Shown here in pieces: positions 26,291 through 39,644 of a stretch of DNA of 62,646 bases. Made by a program: the position numbers and the translations under genes. The DNA lies in the NCBI GenBank assembly GCA_910592345.1, contig CAJVPI010000064.1, forward strand, positions 1 to 62,646, written 5' to 3'. The notes beneath the pieces were generated by a model. The model made no database searches, was not told the origin of the DNA, and saw only the letters and a list, made by a program, of their open reading frames with translations. Source of the stretch: Paraglomus brasilianum. Its lineage: Eukaryota. Every line of letters begins with the position of its first letter. Position 1 is the first letter of the stretch.

Positions 26291-27213
26291 AAGAGTTGGT
26301 AATTAATGTATCAATACAGAATCTACAAAAGTACAGCACAGAATTTCTCCGCATTGCGCTCTAGTTGTCTAGTTGATTACCACTTAACCTTGAGATTTAA
26401 CTTCTTCTAATGACCTTAAATTGGGTTTTCTATACGTTCGGTCTGTATACGCAGACTCTTGATTGTGACAGCCTCTGCTCCTATCGATGGATTAATTCGA
26501 TAGTCTGTAAGCATGATCGGGAATGTTTATATTAAAGTACGCGTCTATAGAACAATTAATTAGCAATCGTATCTTTGCCAAACTCGGAAATTCAATAGAC
26601 AAGGTCAAATTCCTAATATATGCTAAACCAATAAATATAATTTATTGAGTATGAAGAGCCACTCTAATTATTACAATTGATCGAACCGAAGGATTATCGG
26701 TGCGATACTTGATCAATTTTTCGATTTACCGATTGCACGATTTTCGATGCTGTTAGCCATCGAGACTACAACTGCTTATATACATTCTCATCAGTTCACT
26801 CACTATGTTCTAAAGTTAGGACTATTGAATTGAATTTCGCAAATACAAAGTGAGATGAATATCGAAACGCATGTATAAATCGCATATTATACAACTATTT
26901 TACGTTTTGGTATTATACATTTTTTTACTGGGTTTGTTTGTGATGATGTGGCTGCCATATTTTCGCCGGGGCTGTACATCGCATTACTGTCTTTCATGTT
27001 GTAATGACCTTTATTTCTCATCTTAATGCCAGCGGTGCCATAATGTTTGATTTATTAGGTGAATATCCCTAAGTCACGTGAAATCATTGATTATCGCTCC
27101 ATTTGTTGGACTACTTCCTAATTTCCCCAACCCTAGTTCGAATTTCAATTGCTTCCTTCTTCAATTACCTTTCTTGCCTAACGTCTTACATAAATCCACC
27201 CCGTTGTTGCCCA

Positions 27214-28026
27214 ATGTCATTGATATTAAACCGATCTCGAGGCAGACCCCCCAAAACTACCCTTCCTTCATTGCATACTAATAATGCTCACTCAACAAAT
27301 CCCACTCTTCCGTTTGTCCAACCTCTGTCGGCTCAAACAGTCCGTGAACACGCTAATACTTTTTGTTCTGCATCGGCTGATAGTTATGCCATAAATGTAC
27401 AAAGTACGGGTTCGGACAAACAGGAAATGGTTGCAGCTTATAAGAAAGTTGCGATATCACGTGAAGGAACCCAACAGTATGTACCCGAGAGGAAAAGGAT
27501 AAAGTTGAAGATTTCTGGACACCAAAGAGTATGCGATGGACCGTTGGCAGCGAGAACGCGGATGATGGAGGCCAGAGCCCGTCGGGCAGCACTTGAGGCT
27601 GCAAAACCGCCTTCTGAAAGAGGGTTTGGTGAGTCATCGACGCATTCTGGGTTCATATGCATGCGAAAGCAAATTTCACGTCTTACGACTCACCAGTTTT
27701 TCTCGTTTGCAGACGTCCTGTATAATAAAAATTTTATTGTATATAAAACTACATCGATTTACAATTTTCAATTTACAGAAGTCGTCAACTATGCAAAGGA
27801 TCTCTACTCAACCATTCTCATTGGCATCCAGAATGCTGCGGCGGATGCAGATTCACAATGTTTATTGGAGGGAGTGAAGAAATACGGCAATTTGATCGCT
27901 GTGGAAATTACGAAAATTCGAAAGGATGAATGGGATGGTAAGAGAGAGGAGAAAATAAACAGCAAAGAAGCGAAGGACGTGATGAAAGAGAAGCGCGAAG
28001 AATGTGTTGAGAATAAAAGAGCGTAA
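27214..28026 (+). CDS. Uncharacterised protein with AT-hook (RGRPPK) and basic NLS-like segment; probably spliced
   Basis: Long ORF; TCACGTGA at 27074 upstream; intron-like GTGAG...CAG near 27629-27780. Confidence 0.45.
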   Translation: MSLILNRSRGRPPKTTLPSLHTNNAHSTNPTLPFVQPLSAQTVREHANTFCSASADSYAINVQSTGSDKQEMVAAYKKVAISREGTQQYVPERKRIKLKISGHQRVCDGPLAARTRMMEARARRAALEAAKPPSERGFGESSTHSGFICMRKQISRLTTHQFFSFADVLYNKNFIVYKTTSIYNFQFTEVVNYAKDLYSTILIGIQNAAADADSQCLLEGVKKYGNLIAVEITKIRKDEWDGKREEKINSKEAKDVMKEKREECVENKRA

Positions 28027-30352
28027 AGGCAATATATGTGGATAGTTTACGGATATTCTTTATGCAATTAGGAAACGATGAAACACCAATTGTTATAGAA
28101 CTGAGATTTGATTTGCGAGGTAATCACTAAATTACTGGTCGAAATATATTATTTTTTCATATTAACTCATAGTCTTGTTCAGGTCTATGGAATAACTTGT
28201 GTTTCTATGCTTTATTATTCCCAAGCCATGATTGCCCATCAAATGACTGTAAGAATGTTAAGAGCTTATTACCGATTTTTGTTTGCTTTCTAGTTTATCT
28301 TGCTTGTGATCGTTGAACAATGTATCGCTTCGCTTTATTAATTGCGCTCCTCCCCCACTCTCCTCTCATGTACCATTTCAGCGCTACATTCTAACTATCC
28401 GCTTCTCCTGACAAATGCTCCGACATTGCTTGTAAATAGAATACTCGTATGGTTACGGATACGCTTCAACTGTAATTCGATGAGATACTTATTTGACGAG
28501 ATACAACTGCATTTGTTGATGAATAACTTGGAGAACGCAGAAGTTCGTCAAGGTTTGTCTAAATTCTGCTGGATATACGAAATACACAAATTAACGTTTA
28601 CGCTTTGTCTGTATAGCTCAAATTCTTACCCAAGAAAATCAACGGATACAGAAACCGCTTGAATTCACGTACAAATTCCCGGATGAAGCGAATATTGGAG
28701 AAGTGACAATAAGCATTCTTCGTCCTGACTTGGATGAATTATATATATGGTACGTGAAAAAAAAATTATGGATGTCAACCCAAGCCTACTTCTTCCAAAC
28801 AGCATTTCTTGGATCGGACATTATTATTATGGACTCTCGGACAATAAATTGAGTATTTAGCTGTTCAGCAAAAGGCCTTGTATGAGTTATGTCCGTTCTG
28901 ACTTGCATTCTTTATGGGCACATTGTCATTGCATGACGATAACATGACAATCCCACAAAAACATGTTATACTCTCAAGCTTTTTGTTGTCTTTTTCTTTA
29001 ACCGTTCCACTAACTTCGATCTCTATTCACGCGCTCACGGTTCTAACCTTAGTTACCCCTTTCATTTCCAACAGCTCATCACTCTCTGTGATTCACACAC
29101 CACCAACCATAACCGCACTGCTCTCAGTTTATCTCCCAAGTCGATTTGACTTGTCTTCTCTAATGCTGAAGCAAGTAACGACGGAATCGTTCTCATTCTC
29201 ACGTGAAGGTTTAATAATGATGTTCAATAATGGGAACAGCGATACAATTAAAGGTGTTATAAAGGCAGTTATGGCTATGATTAGCAATAAGAATGAAAAA
29301 TGGAAGAGGAAAACGAGTTAACGAGGATAACGCGCAGGAACATGGTTGAATCGGATGATCAAGTATTCCGCACTGTATATAGGTCTGAAACATAATAGCA
29401 GTTTTTGCAAAGTCATTAATTTTCGGCTTGCAAATAGTCATCTTTTTATCTTTAATAAATCCCAAGAGGCGGGGAGGTCGATGCAAAGCGGCAGAAAGAA
29501 CTTGCATTTGATGAAGTGGTAAATGAAATTTTTGTTTTCCTAAACTCCCAAACTTTTTACAAAACAAGTGGATTTAATATAATTACTGTAGATTAAGAAA
29601 CTCGGTTTTTATAATTATGCCAGCAACCTTCAGGTCAAGTAAACGCCACTTAGAAGCAGGACCAAGCCTACTTGATTGAATTAACAAGTGCCAATTGTAA
29701 CAATGCTACAAGTTATGATTATAACTTGGTTCCATGTAGCCGAAAATGTATTAATGACGTCCCACCCATTGTAAGCGTAAATTTATTATGGAAAAAGCAA
29801 TCTCCTTCGAAATAAGGCACCGGAATGACTAAAAATATATTTTGCTCCATGATCGATGTAATGCCCATTATTAGACTTTCACGTCCGCTTTTACTATTAC
29901 TATGTTTAAACGTACAGTTCCAGTATTCCTTGTCAATCAATTCAGAGGTGACGCTTTCAATGCTTTGTCTTTTCCACAGTTTAAGTCAGAAGGCATCACC
30001 AGTTACATTACTATGTAGTGCCAGTCGCCCGAATGAAATCTTTCTATAAGGAAACAAGTTTTCATGCCCATTGGTCTTTTTTCTTTTTTTTTTTTTTTTT
30101 TTTTTGATAATCCTTTTCTGCAGATCGATTATCTTAATTAGTGTTTCTATGATGTAGCAGGTGCACAACACATGGAGTGCGTGAACGATGCCAAATAAAG
30201 AACATCAATAAACTGATAAACAACGAAATTCGTTGCATCCTTATTTACGACATTCACGTTGTTTTCTCGACTATATATACCAATACGCCCCTCACAAACA
30301 AAAGACATTCATTCCTTCCCACAGCCCACACATTCCCAACACTAATTAAATA

Positions 30353-32017
30353 ATGAGCAAGAGTCCTCGGCCAAAGTCTAAGCGTTTAACTTTCAACACC
30401 AACTCGACTGTTCCTGCTCCCAAACCACCTCCCACACTTCCACCTCCGCCACGTCCGTCTGCATTACGCCGCTCAGCATCAATGGAACTCGTCAGTGACG
30501 CCAATGCTAGCTCGCGTAGGGTTCCTCCCATACCTAAGATATCCACAACTGTACCTAATATTAAAATAAGTTCAGACGCTGAAGATCAGCCAGCTCCACC
30601 ACAAGCTGCTCGACCTGTCTCGCCCACTAAACCTTCATATGCAACAAAAGTCATTCAAGACTTGCTTATATCGTCGGCGTTGAACTTGACCAACACGTCC
30701 AAGTTGCAATCGAATCCAGCACATCCACCCCTGCATCTACAGACAACTACCGTGAACTTTAGAAAATTTGTACAGAAGTGCGGCTTTATATTTGAATTTC
30801 AAGACGCCGTTGAGAATATATTTATTTGGAAGAATCCGGCCAATACAATATTGGCTATGGTCATTTATGTGTATCTATGTATGTATTGAGCAAACTCGTA
30901 TTGATTTCCCCCGAATGCTTTGCGACATTCACAATTAATCTCTACCGACTCTAGGTCTTTATCCGCGATTACTGATTCTCGCACCATTAATAATTCTCCT
31001 GGCTTTGCTAATATCGTATTATCAAAAAAGATACCCCAATGTTTCAACTTCTGCTACACTATCCTCCAAAGGGAAAAAGATAAAAAAGAAATCTAAACGT
31101 TCTGCTCCTGTACTTCCAGAAGAAAATTCCGTTGACTATTTGAAGAACATGCAGAATATTCAAAACATGATGGGTATGATTTCAGATGGGTACGATGCCT
31201 TCATTCCGCTGTTGAAGTATGTCGATTGGAGTGACGAGCAGGCGAGTCTTCGTATTATGCAGTTCACCGTAGTGAGCTTGGGTATCGCTAGTTTAACTAT
31301 TTGGATCGTGCCATGGAGATATGTGTTTGTCGTGGCCGGACTGGGTGCGTTTATTGCTAACACCAGGCTGTTTAAGGCATTGGCAAAGGAGATGAGTCCT
31401 TACCTCTTACACAAAGTCGACGAAATTAGTAAGCAGTGGAGTGAATTTCTTGCCACGGAAGATGATACGGAAAGCGCTACCGATGAGATTACTGTATCTG
31501 TATATGAGAATCAGCGTTGGTGGTAAGTAACCAGAGATGATTCAAGAAATAATAATATGAACGACAACATTTGTTTTTCGTAGTTGAATATATCCTTAGA
31601 TCACTTTCCTTCCATGCTATTTGTAGGGCTAATAAAGGTTTCATTCCACAACTGCTCGGGTCTGAAAGAGCTTCGTGGTCTAATGCCTCCGGATCAGTTG
31701 CTCTCCCTCCCAAGAATCCAATGGCACCAGAAGGATATGAATGGATTCAGGAAGACTGGGTTATTAATTTGTCTAAAGTATGGGAGGATAGCAAGTATGG
31801 AGAGATTTACGTTGATCCAGATGAGGAGGGTTGGGTGTACACTGATCATCAATGGGAAAACCCAGCACCTCGCAATGCTCCTGGTGAGCAGAGCATGACT
31901 AGGAGACGAAGATGGATTAGAAAGGCAAGAAAGATTGACGTCGAAGAGCAATATGCTGGGAGTAATGATGTGAACGAGTCAAATCTGCGAAGGAGAAATA
32001 CAGAGAAGAGCGATTAA
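30353..32017 (+). CDS. Pex23/Pex24-family peroxin (Pex28/29-like) with reticulon-like region and dysferlin domain
   Basis: Exons ~30353-30879, 30955-31522 and 31627-32017. Motifs: NFRKFVQKCGFIFEFQDAVENIFIWKNP, DYLKNMQNIQNMMG, VYENQRWW, EGWVYTDHQW, TRRRRWIR. Confidence 0.85.
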
Positions 32018-33968
32018 AGAATTTATTAGGGATAAGATAATAACTTAGGCCAGACAATTAATAATGAACTATGGTGAATGAACCTTTCATTACTGTACAG
32101 GAATTAATTGATCCAACAGACATTACATTTATTGATCACATGATCAATAGAACCATAGCAAGCGTAAGACGCACAAACTTGTGACATTTTAATTCATTAC
32201 CAGAATTAGCGGATTTCACATGTGAATAATCATTTGTAGTAAAAGTATTCGAATCACATAGAAATAAAAGTATACATTTAGTTTACCACTTTGTCGAAAC
32301 GTTAAATGATACTGTTCAATGCGGTGTTTACTCCACTACAATGTCTGTGTTTTATTCCAACTTGCTGGCTGGTTGTACAGCGGAACTATTACCATAGTGA
32401 CCGTTTCTTTGTATGTAAATCCGGAATTAAACTTGCGAATAGTAATAGCCAGAGGGGAAACGTTGTGACCAAATCGGAATGCAAAGTATGCAGTCATACA
32501 ATAATGCGAATTTCCCGATTTGGGTCAGAACCGCACGTCAATTGTTATGTTTATCGCTTGCATTCACTAATGCACAACACTAACTGATTATGTGTAATCA
32601 TGTGTTCATCTCAGGGATGGGAGATCGGGTCTCCTTCAGTTGACAGCTTCGTTTTGATGTTGCGAAATTTATAACATTCGTTACAATTTTATCGTTGAAT
32701 TCCCAACGACAGATGTTGAAGATTATAAACTTCAGAGTCATAGCATATGTAATAAACCAACCGATGTTAAAAAGTAATTTGTTTCACCAACACGGTGGCG
32801 GTCAACGGGTCAATTGTTTATATGGCTCCTACTCATTTATTAGCAGATGGCTTGGTGACGGATCCTCTTTTCTCGTCGATTGTACATCTACATGCTTCAC
32901 CATATTTGGAAAATACGCATGAACGTGACGCGATGGCGGTAATGCTGTCGCCTATAAAAATTATTGTCAGATATAAGCGGACTGGTATACCAGACGTTCA
33001 ACTAAAGACGCTGATTTCATCCCTTATATCAATTATAGCATACTCAATATTCCAAGGTCACTCGCAAATAGAACAGCTGAAGACTATTTTGGTCAACAGC
33101 ATCTGTTGATCCTGATCTTTTCCTTCTGCAGACACCGAAGCTAACGATAGTTTTGTCTAATCGTTGATGCAGTCTCCAATTAAAAGCCACTGCACATCAT
33201 CATCATTTCCTTGCCAGTCCGCAAGTAAAAGTCCATACTATTTCGCCGAGTACAACATGGATGTATGGTTTTCCGAGGTCCTTATCGACGTCTTGTTATT
33301 GCAGTGCTGGTGATACTGCGACGAGTAACATCGCATGTTCGTTTGCTTTAGTAGTCATATTCGACCATAAATGAATTAAGCATTCGCTATAGGTATTAAT
33401 AAACCGAAGCAGACCAACCTTCAGTATTTAGCCGATGGGTTTCAGCCTCGAATATATCAAGTTGAGGCGTCTGAGGTAAGCATTAAATCTTTCGAGGCAA
33501 ATCATTAGGCTCTTCCGACGTAGCTTTATACTCGCACAGCATGATTACCATTTATTTGATATCTGTCATATTCGGTAATGTCTTCATAGGATGCATGAAA
33601 AGCAACAGTCTACGGTCGCCGGTGTGTCTCTGATCTTTGATAAATATTGCCGACGCAATATCGCACGTGACAAATAAATAACTCGTCGTGGTTATCATTA
33701 TTAGCGCAAGTCAAAACAAGTATTCTGATTCTGAATAGCCATCACTCAAGTTCCATCACTTATTGACTCCACACGAACCATGTTTATCTTCTGCCAAGAC
33801 TTAGCAGGCAAATAGCACAGGACGGAACGATACACTATTCTCAATTAATCTGCTATTATACAATATAACAGACTGCTGAAGCCAGGAACACGCCGGATTA
33901 ATGCATTATGTTACACAGCCAGGATGAATGAAAATCGCGTCTGCAATTGCTGCGAAAATTCAAACAAC

Positions 33969-34670
33969 ATGACTCTTGCTTCCGTAAACGACTTGACTGC
34001 ACGCTTAGAAAAGATAGAGCAAAACATTACGCTAACACTACAAGAAATAGATCACAATTTTTCCACAAGCCATCATATAGTAGCTACGCGAGTGTTACCA
34101 CAGGTCGAACGCTTTGCACAATTATCAAAGGACATATGGGATAACACTAAGGTAGGTAGATAACCCTGGCTTGATATATCCAAAAGATCGCAATACTAAA
34201 GTCCCTGGTCCCAATTTCAGTTCTGGTTGAGCTTTTTCGAGTCCTTAGATTCTTACTCGCCGTCGAACGATATATCGCAATTGTCGACAAATAGTGACTT
34301 GGGTTTCTCCCAGTTCTTAGATACTTACTCGGCGTCGAATAACACTCTATCGAACTACCTATCTCTAAAAGGTGGTTCACCAGTAGCAATCAACGATCTA
34401 TCGCAATTGTCGACAAATAGTGACTTGGGTTTCTCCCCGCCAGTGACTATGCAATTCTCTTTGCCGCCTTCAAAGCTGCTGAGGACTCCCGCACCAGAAG
34501 CTGCAAGGATTATCATGAGTGATGTCATGCAAATGATAAGTCCTGTATCCACTCCATGTCCAATGAGTGATGTCATGCAAACCATAAGTCCTGTATCTAC
34601 TCCATGTCCAATGAGTGAGAACCGAACCTCGTTGACTGCCTATAGTCATTTAAGAGATTATCGAATATAA
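33969..34670 (+). CDS. ASK1: DASH/Dam1 kinetochore complex subunit Ask1 (3' end uncertain)
   Basis: LEKIEQNITLTLQEIDHNFS...IWDNTK|FWLSFFES across intron 34152-34220; downstream SPPVTMQFSLPPSKLLRTPA.EAA motif. Confidence 0.85.
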
Positions 34671-34790
34671 TACGAAATTCTATCTCCAATTCTTGTAATA
34701 ACGATTTTCATGGACTGATTAAACGTTATAAACCCTGTTCTGCGCAAATGTGAAAACAACCGATCAGAGAGTGGCGCTAATTTCTGCGTT

Positions 34791-34875
34791 CGTTCCGTGT
34801 TTTCGTTCCGTGTTTTCGTTCCGTGTTTTCGTTCCGTGTTTTCGTTCCGTGTTTTCGTTCCGTGTTTTCGTTCCG
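34791..34875. repeat. 13-bp tandem repeat (CGTTCCGTGTTTT), ~6.5 copies
   Basis: Direct inspection; units are identical. Confidence 0.92.
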
Positions 34876-36601
34876 AATCGACTGCAATCCTTAAAAATAG
34901 CATTTATTTCCAAGCAAAAGTACTTTTGTGTTCATAAATCTTGCCTTTTTCTTTCTTCCTTTCTTTTACTATCAATTAAATGACTTGCAAAGAGGACCTG
35001 TTTTCTTGACGGTGTTGCGAGAAACAGTGCGCGATGAGTTTTCAGATGAAGATGATGAGATAGAGGAGGAAGAAGACTTTCAGTTTCCTCTCCCTGCATG
35101 AACAAAGAAAATTAGAATTATCTTGTGATGGAAGGTACAGTTGATTATTGTAGCATTAACGTGACTGCTCATTACAGTTACGATTGAGCACCAAATGTAC
35201 GCGTATCTCGACGGGAAATTATTATCCGAGTCCGTGCAAGATGAACGCAGCACGTAAACAAATTAATTACCTTCTTGATGAAGACGAAATGATAGGCGAA
35301 GGCCTAATGGGATGCTAAGCATGGTGTTTGATGGAATGAAGAGATTGAATAAATGTGAAAAACATTGTTTTGTAAAGGTACATTCTCATCCTGCCTTCTT
35401 TTCTTAAATGTTTATTAGTTTTCTTTCTTCTTGACAAATTTTGCAAGTAATTATTTCTTTATCTAGATGTTCCTGAGAATTTTGTATCATTGATTTTAAA
35501 AACAAAAGATGCAATTTTTCACCCTGTTGCTTCCTTGGAAAAAAAATTTACAATAGTGCAAGAAAGAAATTAGTCTGCATTCAGATTGTATATTCGATAA
35601 TAATGATATAAGTGTAGTCAATTCAAACTAAAAAAGTTTACATGAAGATTTTCAATTGCTTACTTTGTCAGAATATGTTGCAAACGTATATTACAGATAC
35701 TTTGAATTCTGTAAATTAATTGTTTAATGATATGCTGTTACCATATCAATAGCTTAACTTCACAAACATTAGTTCTTTCAGCTTTCCATGTCCATCTGAT
35801 CTTTTTCAAAGAACAACATAGCTTCTTCATGTAAATAAATAATATACATTATCAGATTCATGTTCCCTTGATATGGTTTCTTCATACCTCAAATTCTTTG
35901 TCATCAGTTATTGGTTCAGTATATGTTGGTTTTTTCTCAGTTCTCTAAATGTGGTTTGTTAGAATTCAGGAATCAAATGATTCATTAAAAGAGAATTTGA
36001 GTTATTTATATTACCTTTTTGTGAATTATAAACTCTCCACCTAAGGTTGATATCTAGTAATTTAAATAAACAGTAGTAAATAACAACTCCAATATTGTTA
36101 AAGCCTTCACCTTCAAAGTAACATGGTTATAGCTAATACTAACTTTCATAATTTGCGCGTAATAGAGACAGTTGACCCTGGATAAAGTTGCGCAATCCAT
36201 GGTTGAATGAGCATGTTGTATCGAATGTTAAAGTGGGAGACAATGCATTTATATCATTCTTGTCCTTGAAATCTTTTTGTTTTCCCCCCACCTGCTCTTG
36301 AAGGTTGTGAATTGTGCATACTGTTCCACTTGTTTTGTTGTAACAGTAGTGATTGTTAAATGTTGCTATGGGGAACAAAATAAAGGAAGAATGAATGGCC
36401 TGAATTTTATTAATGAATGCTGAAGAAAAAAACTCTCTATTACCTTTAATTCATGAACTTTTTGCAGTAACCTTTGACTCTTGTAAGTTTGCTTGTTTCT
36501 CAGCCATCACATCAGCCCAAAAATCATAAATACATCCATCAGTACCTAAACCCTCCTATAAAGGAATTAATTTTTGCTGGCTATTTTTTATAAAAGATAT
36601 A

Positions 36602-36640
<39 letters not shown>

Positions 36641-37214
36641 AACCAAATCAGACAGCCATGCTTCTGTAAGTTCATGAGCAGAACTGTAGTCCATCACCAC
36701 TTAAGAACCATAGTCTAGTGGTTTACTGTAATCCCAGTTGCAATAAGGTGGAACCATATTCCATACAAGAGCAGGAACCATAGTCCATACAAGAGCAGGA
36801 ACCATAGTCCCCCATCCTCCCTGCCACAACTGCCATATAACTTGCAAAGTGTGACCTCACCTTATATTGTCTCAAGTATCCTTTTGACTGATTTCTTTTC
36901 TTCTTCAGAACCTTTATTTTTGAACCAGTCAAGTTGTTTGTAAAGTGCTGTTGTAAGCTTGTCAAGAAGTAGGAAAAACTTGGTTTCTCTTGATTTTCAA
37001 CATGTACTTGTGTGGTCTGAGATTAATAGTAATAGGTAAAGAAAATTTTTTCGCTGGGGGGTTATATCATGATCAGATGGTGACAATATAATTAGAGGGG
37101 GAAAACTGATATGTCAGAAAAGTTAGATGCAATAAAGGATTTAATTTGCTGGACAGACTGTTGTATCTATAAATGCCAAATACAGTAGGGATTCCAATCA
37201 TGAAGATAGCCAAT

Positions 37215-37659
37215 AATATTGCTCATGTCAATATTATTTTGTCTTGGCTTCGAAGGATCCATTCTAATAATGCATTCTCCAATTCTGGATATCGAACAGT
37301 TTTTTGTCTCTTTGCAGAACCATTCCCAACGATGTCATCTATTTTTCGCTTGAGTATACGACCAATAGTACTGGGATGGACAACAAGGTTATATGATTGC
37401 TTTATCCACTTGGCAAGGTCAACATTACTAGTGCTTGGATTCGTATTTTTGTATGTAATTAATGCTATTTTCTGTTCTTTCGGATTGAAAATTTTATTAT
37501 AAAAGATCTAATCACATGACGTGCATTTAGGGGATGGAAATACTATAGATGGGCTGAGAACTTGCAGAATAAAGAACGTGCATCTAATCAATAGGTCCCC
37601 TCATGGGACCCAGTGTTAACCGCGCACTTAGGGTGGTTGCACTTAGGGAGGACCCACTG
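37215..37659 (-). mobile_element. pogo/Tigger element 5' remnant (CENP-B/Tc5 HTH) with terminal repeat
   Basis: Minus strand reads NPSTSNVDLAKWIKQSYNLVVHPSTIGRILKRK...AKRQKTVRYPELENALLEWILRSQDKIILT; terminus CAGTGGGTCCTCCCTAAGTGCA next to TA at 37660-37661. Confidence 0.82.
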
Positions 37660-38090
37660 TATTATCCATAGTATCTAACCTTGGTGTAATATTTGCAAAA
37701 GGTCACAATTTTGGATCGATTAAGAATGTATACCCATTCTCTTTTCTCATTGAGCCGTATCTAATATCGATTTGTGAAAATTTTTCACCAAACATATTGT
37801 TAGTGAATGGCTTTTCGCCGTTAGCTTCACACCGCGTACGATATTCCCGATATAATACACTGCAACTTAGCTTTTCAACTTGATTCTCGGCCCATGATAA
37901 AACAAAATCAATTATGAATCGAACACAATTTGGTAACCGGTCGCGCATTATCATTTTGTGCTAGGAATATCTTGTATACTCCAATCTGAGATATCCAGAC
38001 TAAGTAGATAAGACATAATTACACTTGGTGCATCGGGATGTCCCAGAACTTTGGCTAAACGCTTAAAATATGCAGTACTATCCTTACATA

Positions 38091-39242
38091 CAGGGGGTAC
38101 CAAAAGTATTGCACGGTCGAAATGCAGACAATTTAATAAAATTGTTAATATGTACCGTAAAACTCCAACATGTGTACCCGGCTAATAAAGGAACGCAAAG
38201 CTCCAACATGTGTACTCGGGGTCCCTAATCGATTTTTTAGTACACCGTATTAATCACAATTGCCGATTGGGGAAAAAAAAGGGTGACACGACGCGAAATA
38301 CACGTAATATTGACATATTAATATTGTAACTGACTTAACATATGTATGTACTTTCAAATCGATACTAACAGAATGGGCTATAAATCAAAGTGCCAAAATA
38401 TTTAGTACCTGGGTATAAATCAAAACCTGCCTTCTGAAACTGGTGGAGGGTACATCTCATGGGGGTACATATGTTGGAGTTTTATGGTAATTGTCCACGT
38501 AATTTTTATACCATAGTCGCATATTAGCCAAACGGATTTTCGCCTATTGCTTTGGTTTAATCTGTACAAAAAGTATTGCATGGTCGAATTCAATAAAATT
38601 GTTAATATGTAGCCGCCCACGTAATTTTTATACCATATTAGTCTATATATTAGCCAAACGGATTTTGCCTATTGCTTTGATTTAATATTGATCTGTTACA
38701 GATTGTAAAGGCTGGTTTTAAAAATCTACCATTTTCGATTTTTCGCGTAATGAATCATGCTTCATTTTTTGTGGAGAATGTTTTCCTGTTAATGAATGCA
38801 ATCTTCATGAATTCTCTCCTGACTTTCTTCACATTCTGAAAACCTAGACCCATCTGCCCAGATTTTTTTTCCAGTCCCTCACAGTCCAATGTCTTCTTTC
38901 TACTGCCCGAAATAAAAGGCTTTTTTCGAGGTACATACACTATGTATACAGAAATGCAAAATTTTTGTTTTTGTAGATATTTGTTTTTGAGAACCATAGC
39001 CTTCAATATTTGTCTTATGGTTGTCATAAAGCATAGTCGGTTGATAGCTCACAATTCATAAGCTGCAACGCATCTTGTAATTATTGTTCGATGACATTCC
39101 ACAGCTTTTGCAATTTCTGCATTATTGTGGCCTAATTTTAATTGCAATAATGCTTGTCTTTTGTGTAAAAGTTAATTCTTTAGCAAGACATTATGCGAAA
39201 AATCGAAGATTTTTAAAACCAGCTTTTACAATCTGTAACATC
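38091..39242 (-). mobile_element. Degenerate Tc1-family transposon
   Basis: TA|CAGGGGGTACCAAAAGTATTGCACG terminus; internal inverted repeat 38694-38750 vs 39190-39242; transposase scraps LGHNNAEIAKAVECHRTI and VPRKKPFIS. Confidence 0.72.
38155..38487. mobile_element. pogo-like MITE nested in the Tc1 terminus
   Basis: TIRs CCGTAAAACTCCAACATGTGTACCC / GGGTACATATGTTGGAGTTTTATGG with TA on both sides. Confidence 0.8.
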
Positions 39243-39267
39243 AAACATATATTACGCTGATCATCTA

Positions 39268-39644
39268 CACATACTATTGGTCACTCATTGTAAAACCTTT
39301 AATTTTGAAAATCTCCTATCGTCCATGCGTACTATGCAAGTTGCAATAATTTTTGAAGCTAATTTATTGTATTTTTCAAAATAATGACATATTCAGCCTG
39401 TTATCGGGCGTATTCATGTTACACATATTAAACCGTATGGAAATCTTATGTGTAAGATAAATACGCCACTTTATCGGACTACTTCTTCATTACAGTGGAT
39501 AATTTAAGTTCACGCTATTTTTGTCAAAAAATACAATCAATTGGCTTAAAAATGGTAAAAAATCACATAGTACGTACGGACGATAGAGATTTTCAAAATT
39601 AAAGGTTTTTACTATGAGTGACTAATGCTTTTGGCCAGTATGTG
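39268..39644. mobile_element. Tc1-type MITE with long TIRs
   Basis: CACATACT..ATTGGTCACTCATTGTAAAACCTTTAATTTTGAAAATCTC is mirrored by GAGATTTTCAAAATTAAAGGTTTTTACTATGAGTGACTAATGCTTTTGGCCAGTATGTG; TA flanks. Confidence 0.8.

Noticed and set aside
28342..30171. Coding-like scraps on both strands
   Set aside because: Stops and frameshifts, and no family recognised; possibly pseudogenes but unsupported.
32306..33600. Possible minus-strand pseudogene (YGLLLADWQGNDDDVQWLLIGD...)
   Set aside because: Cannot assign to a family; multiple stops.
34791..34875. CRISPR-like array
   Set aside because: Head-to-tail 13-mers with no unique spacers; the same holds for the arrays at 10147, 20113 and 36750.
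35300..37150. AT-rich stretch resembling decayed TE coding sequence
   Set aside because: No diagnostic motif or terminus identified.
25649..37659. Single 12-kb composite pogo element carrying the peroxin gene and ASK1 (5' and 3' transposase halves are on the same strand in the right order)
   Set aside because: The two termini match at only about 15 of 24 positions (CAGTTGATGCTGCC vs CAGTGGGTCCTCCC); two unrelated relics are more likely.
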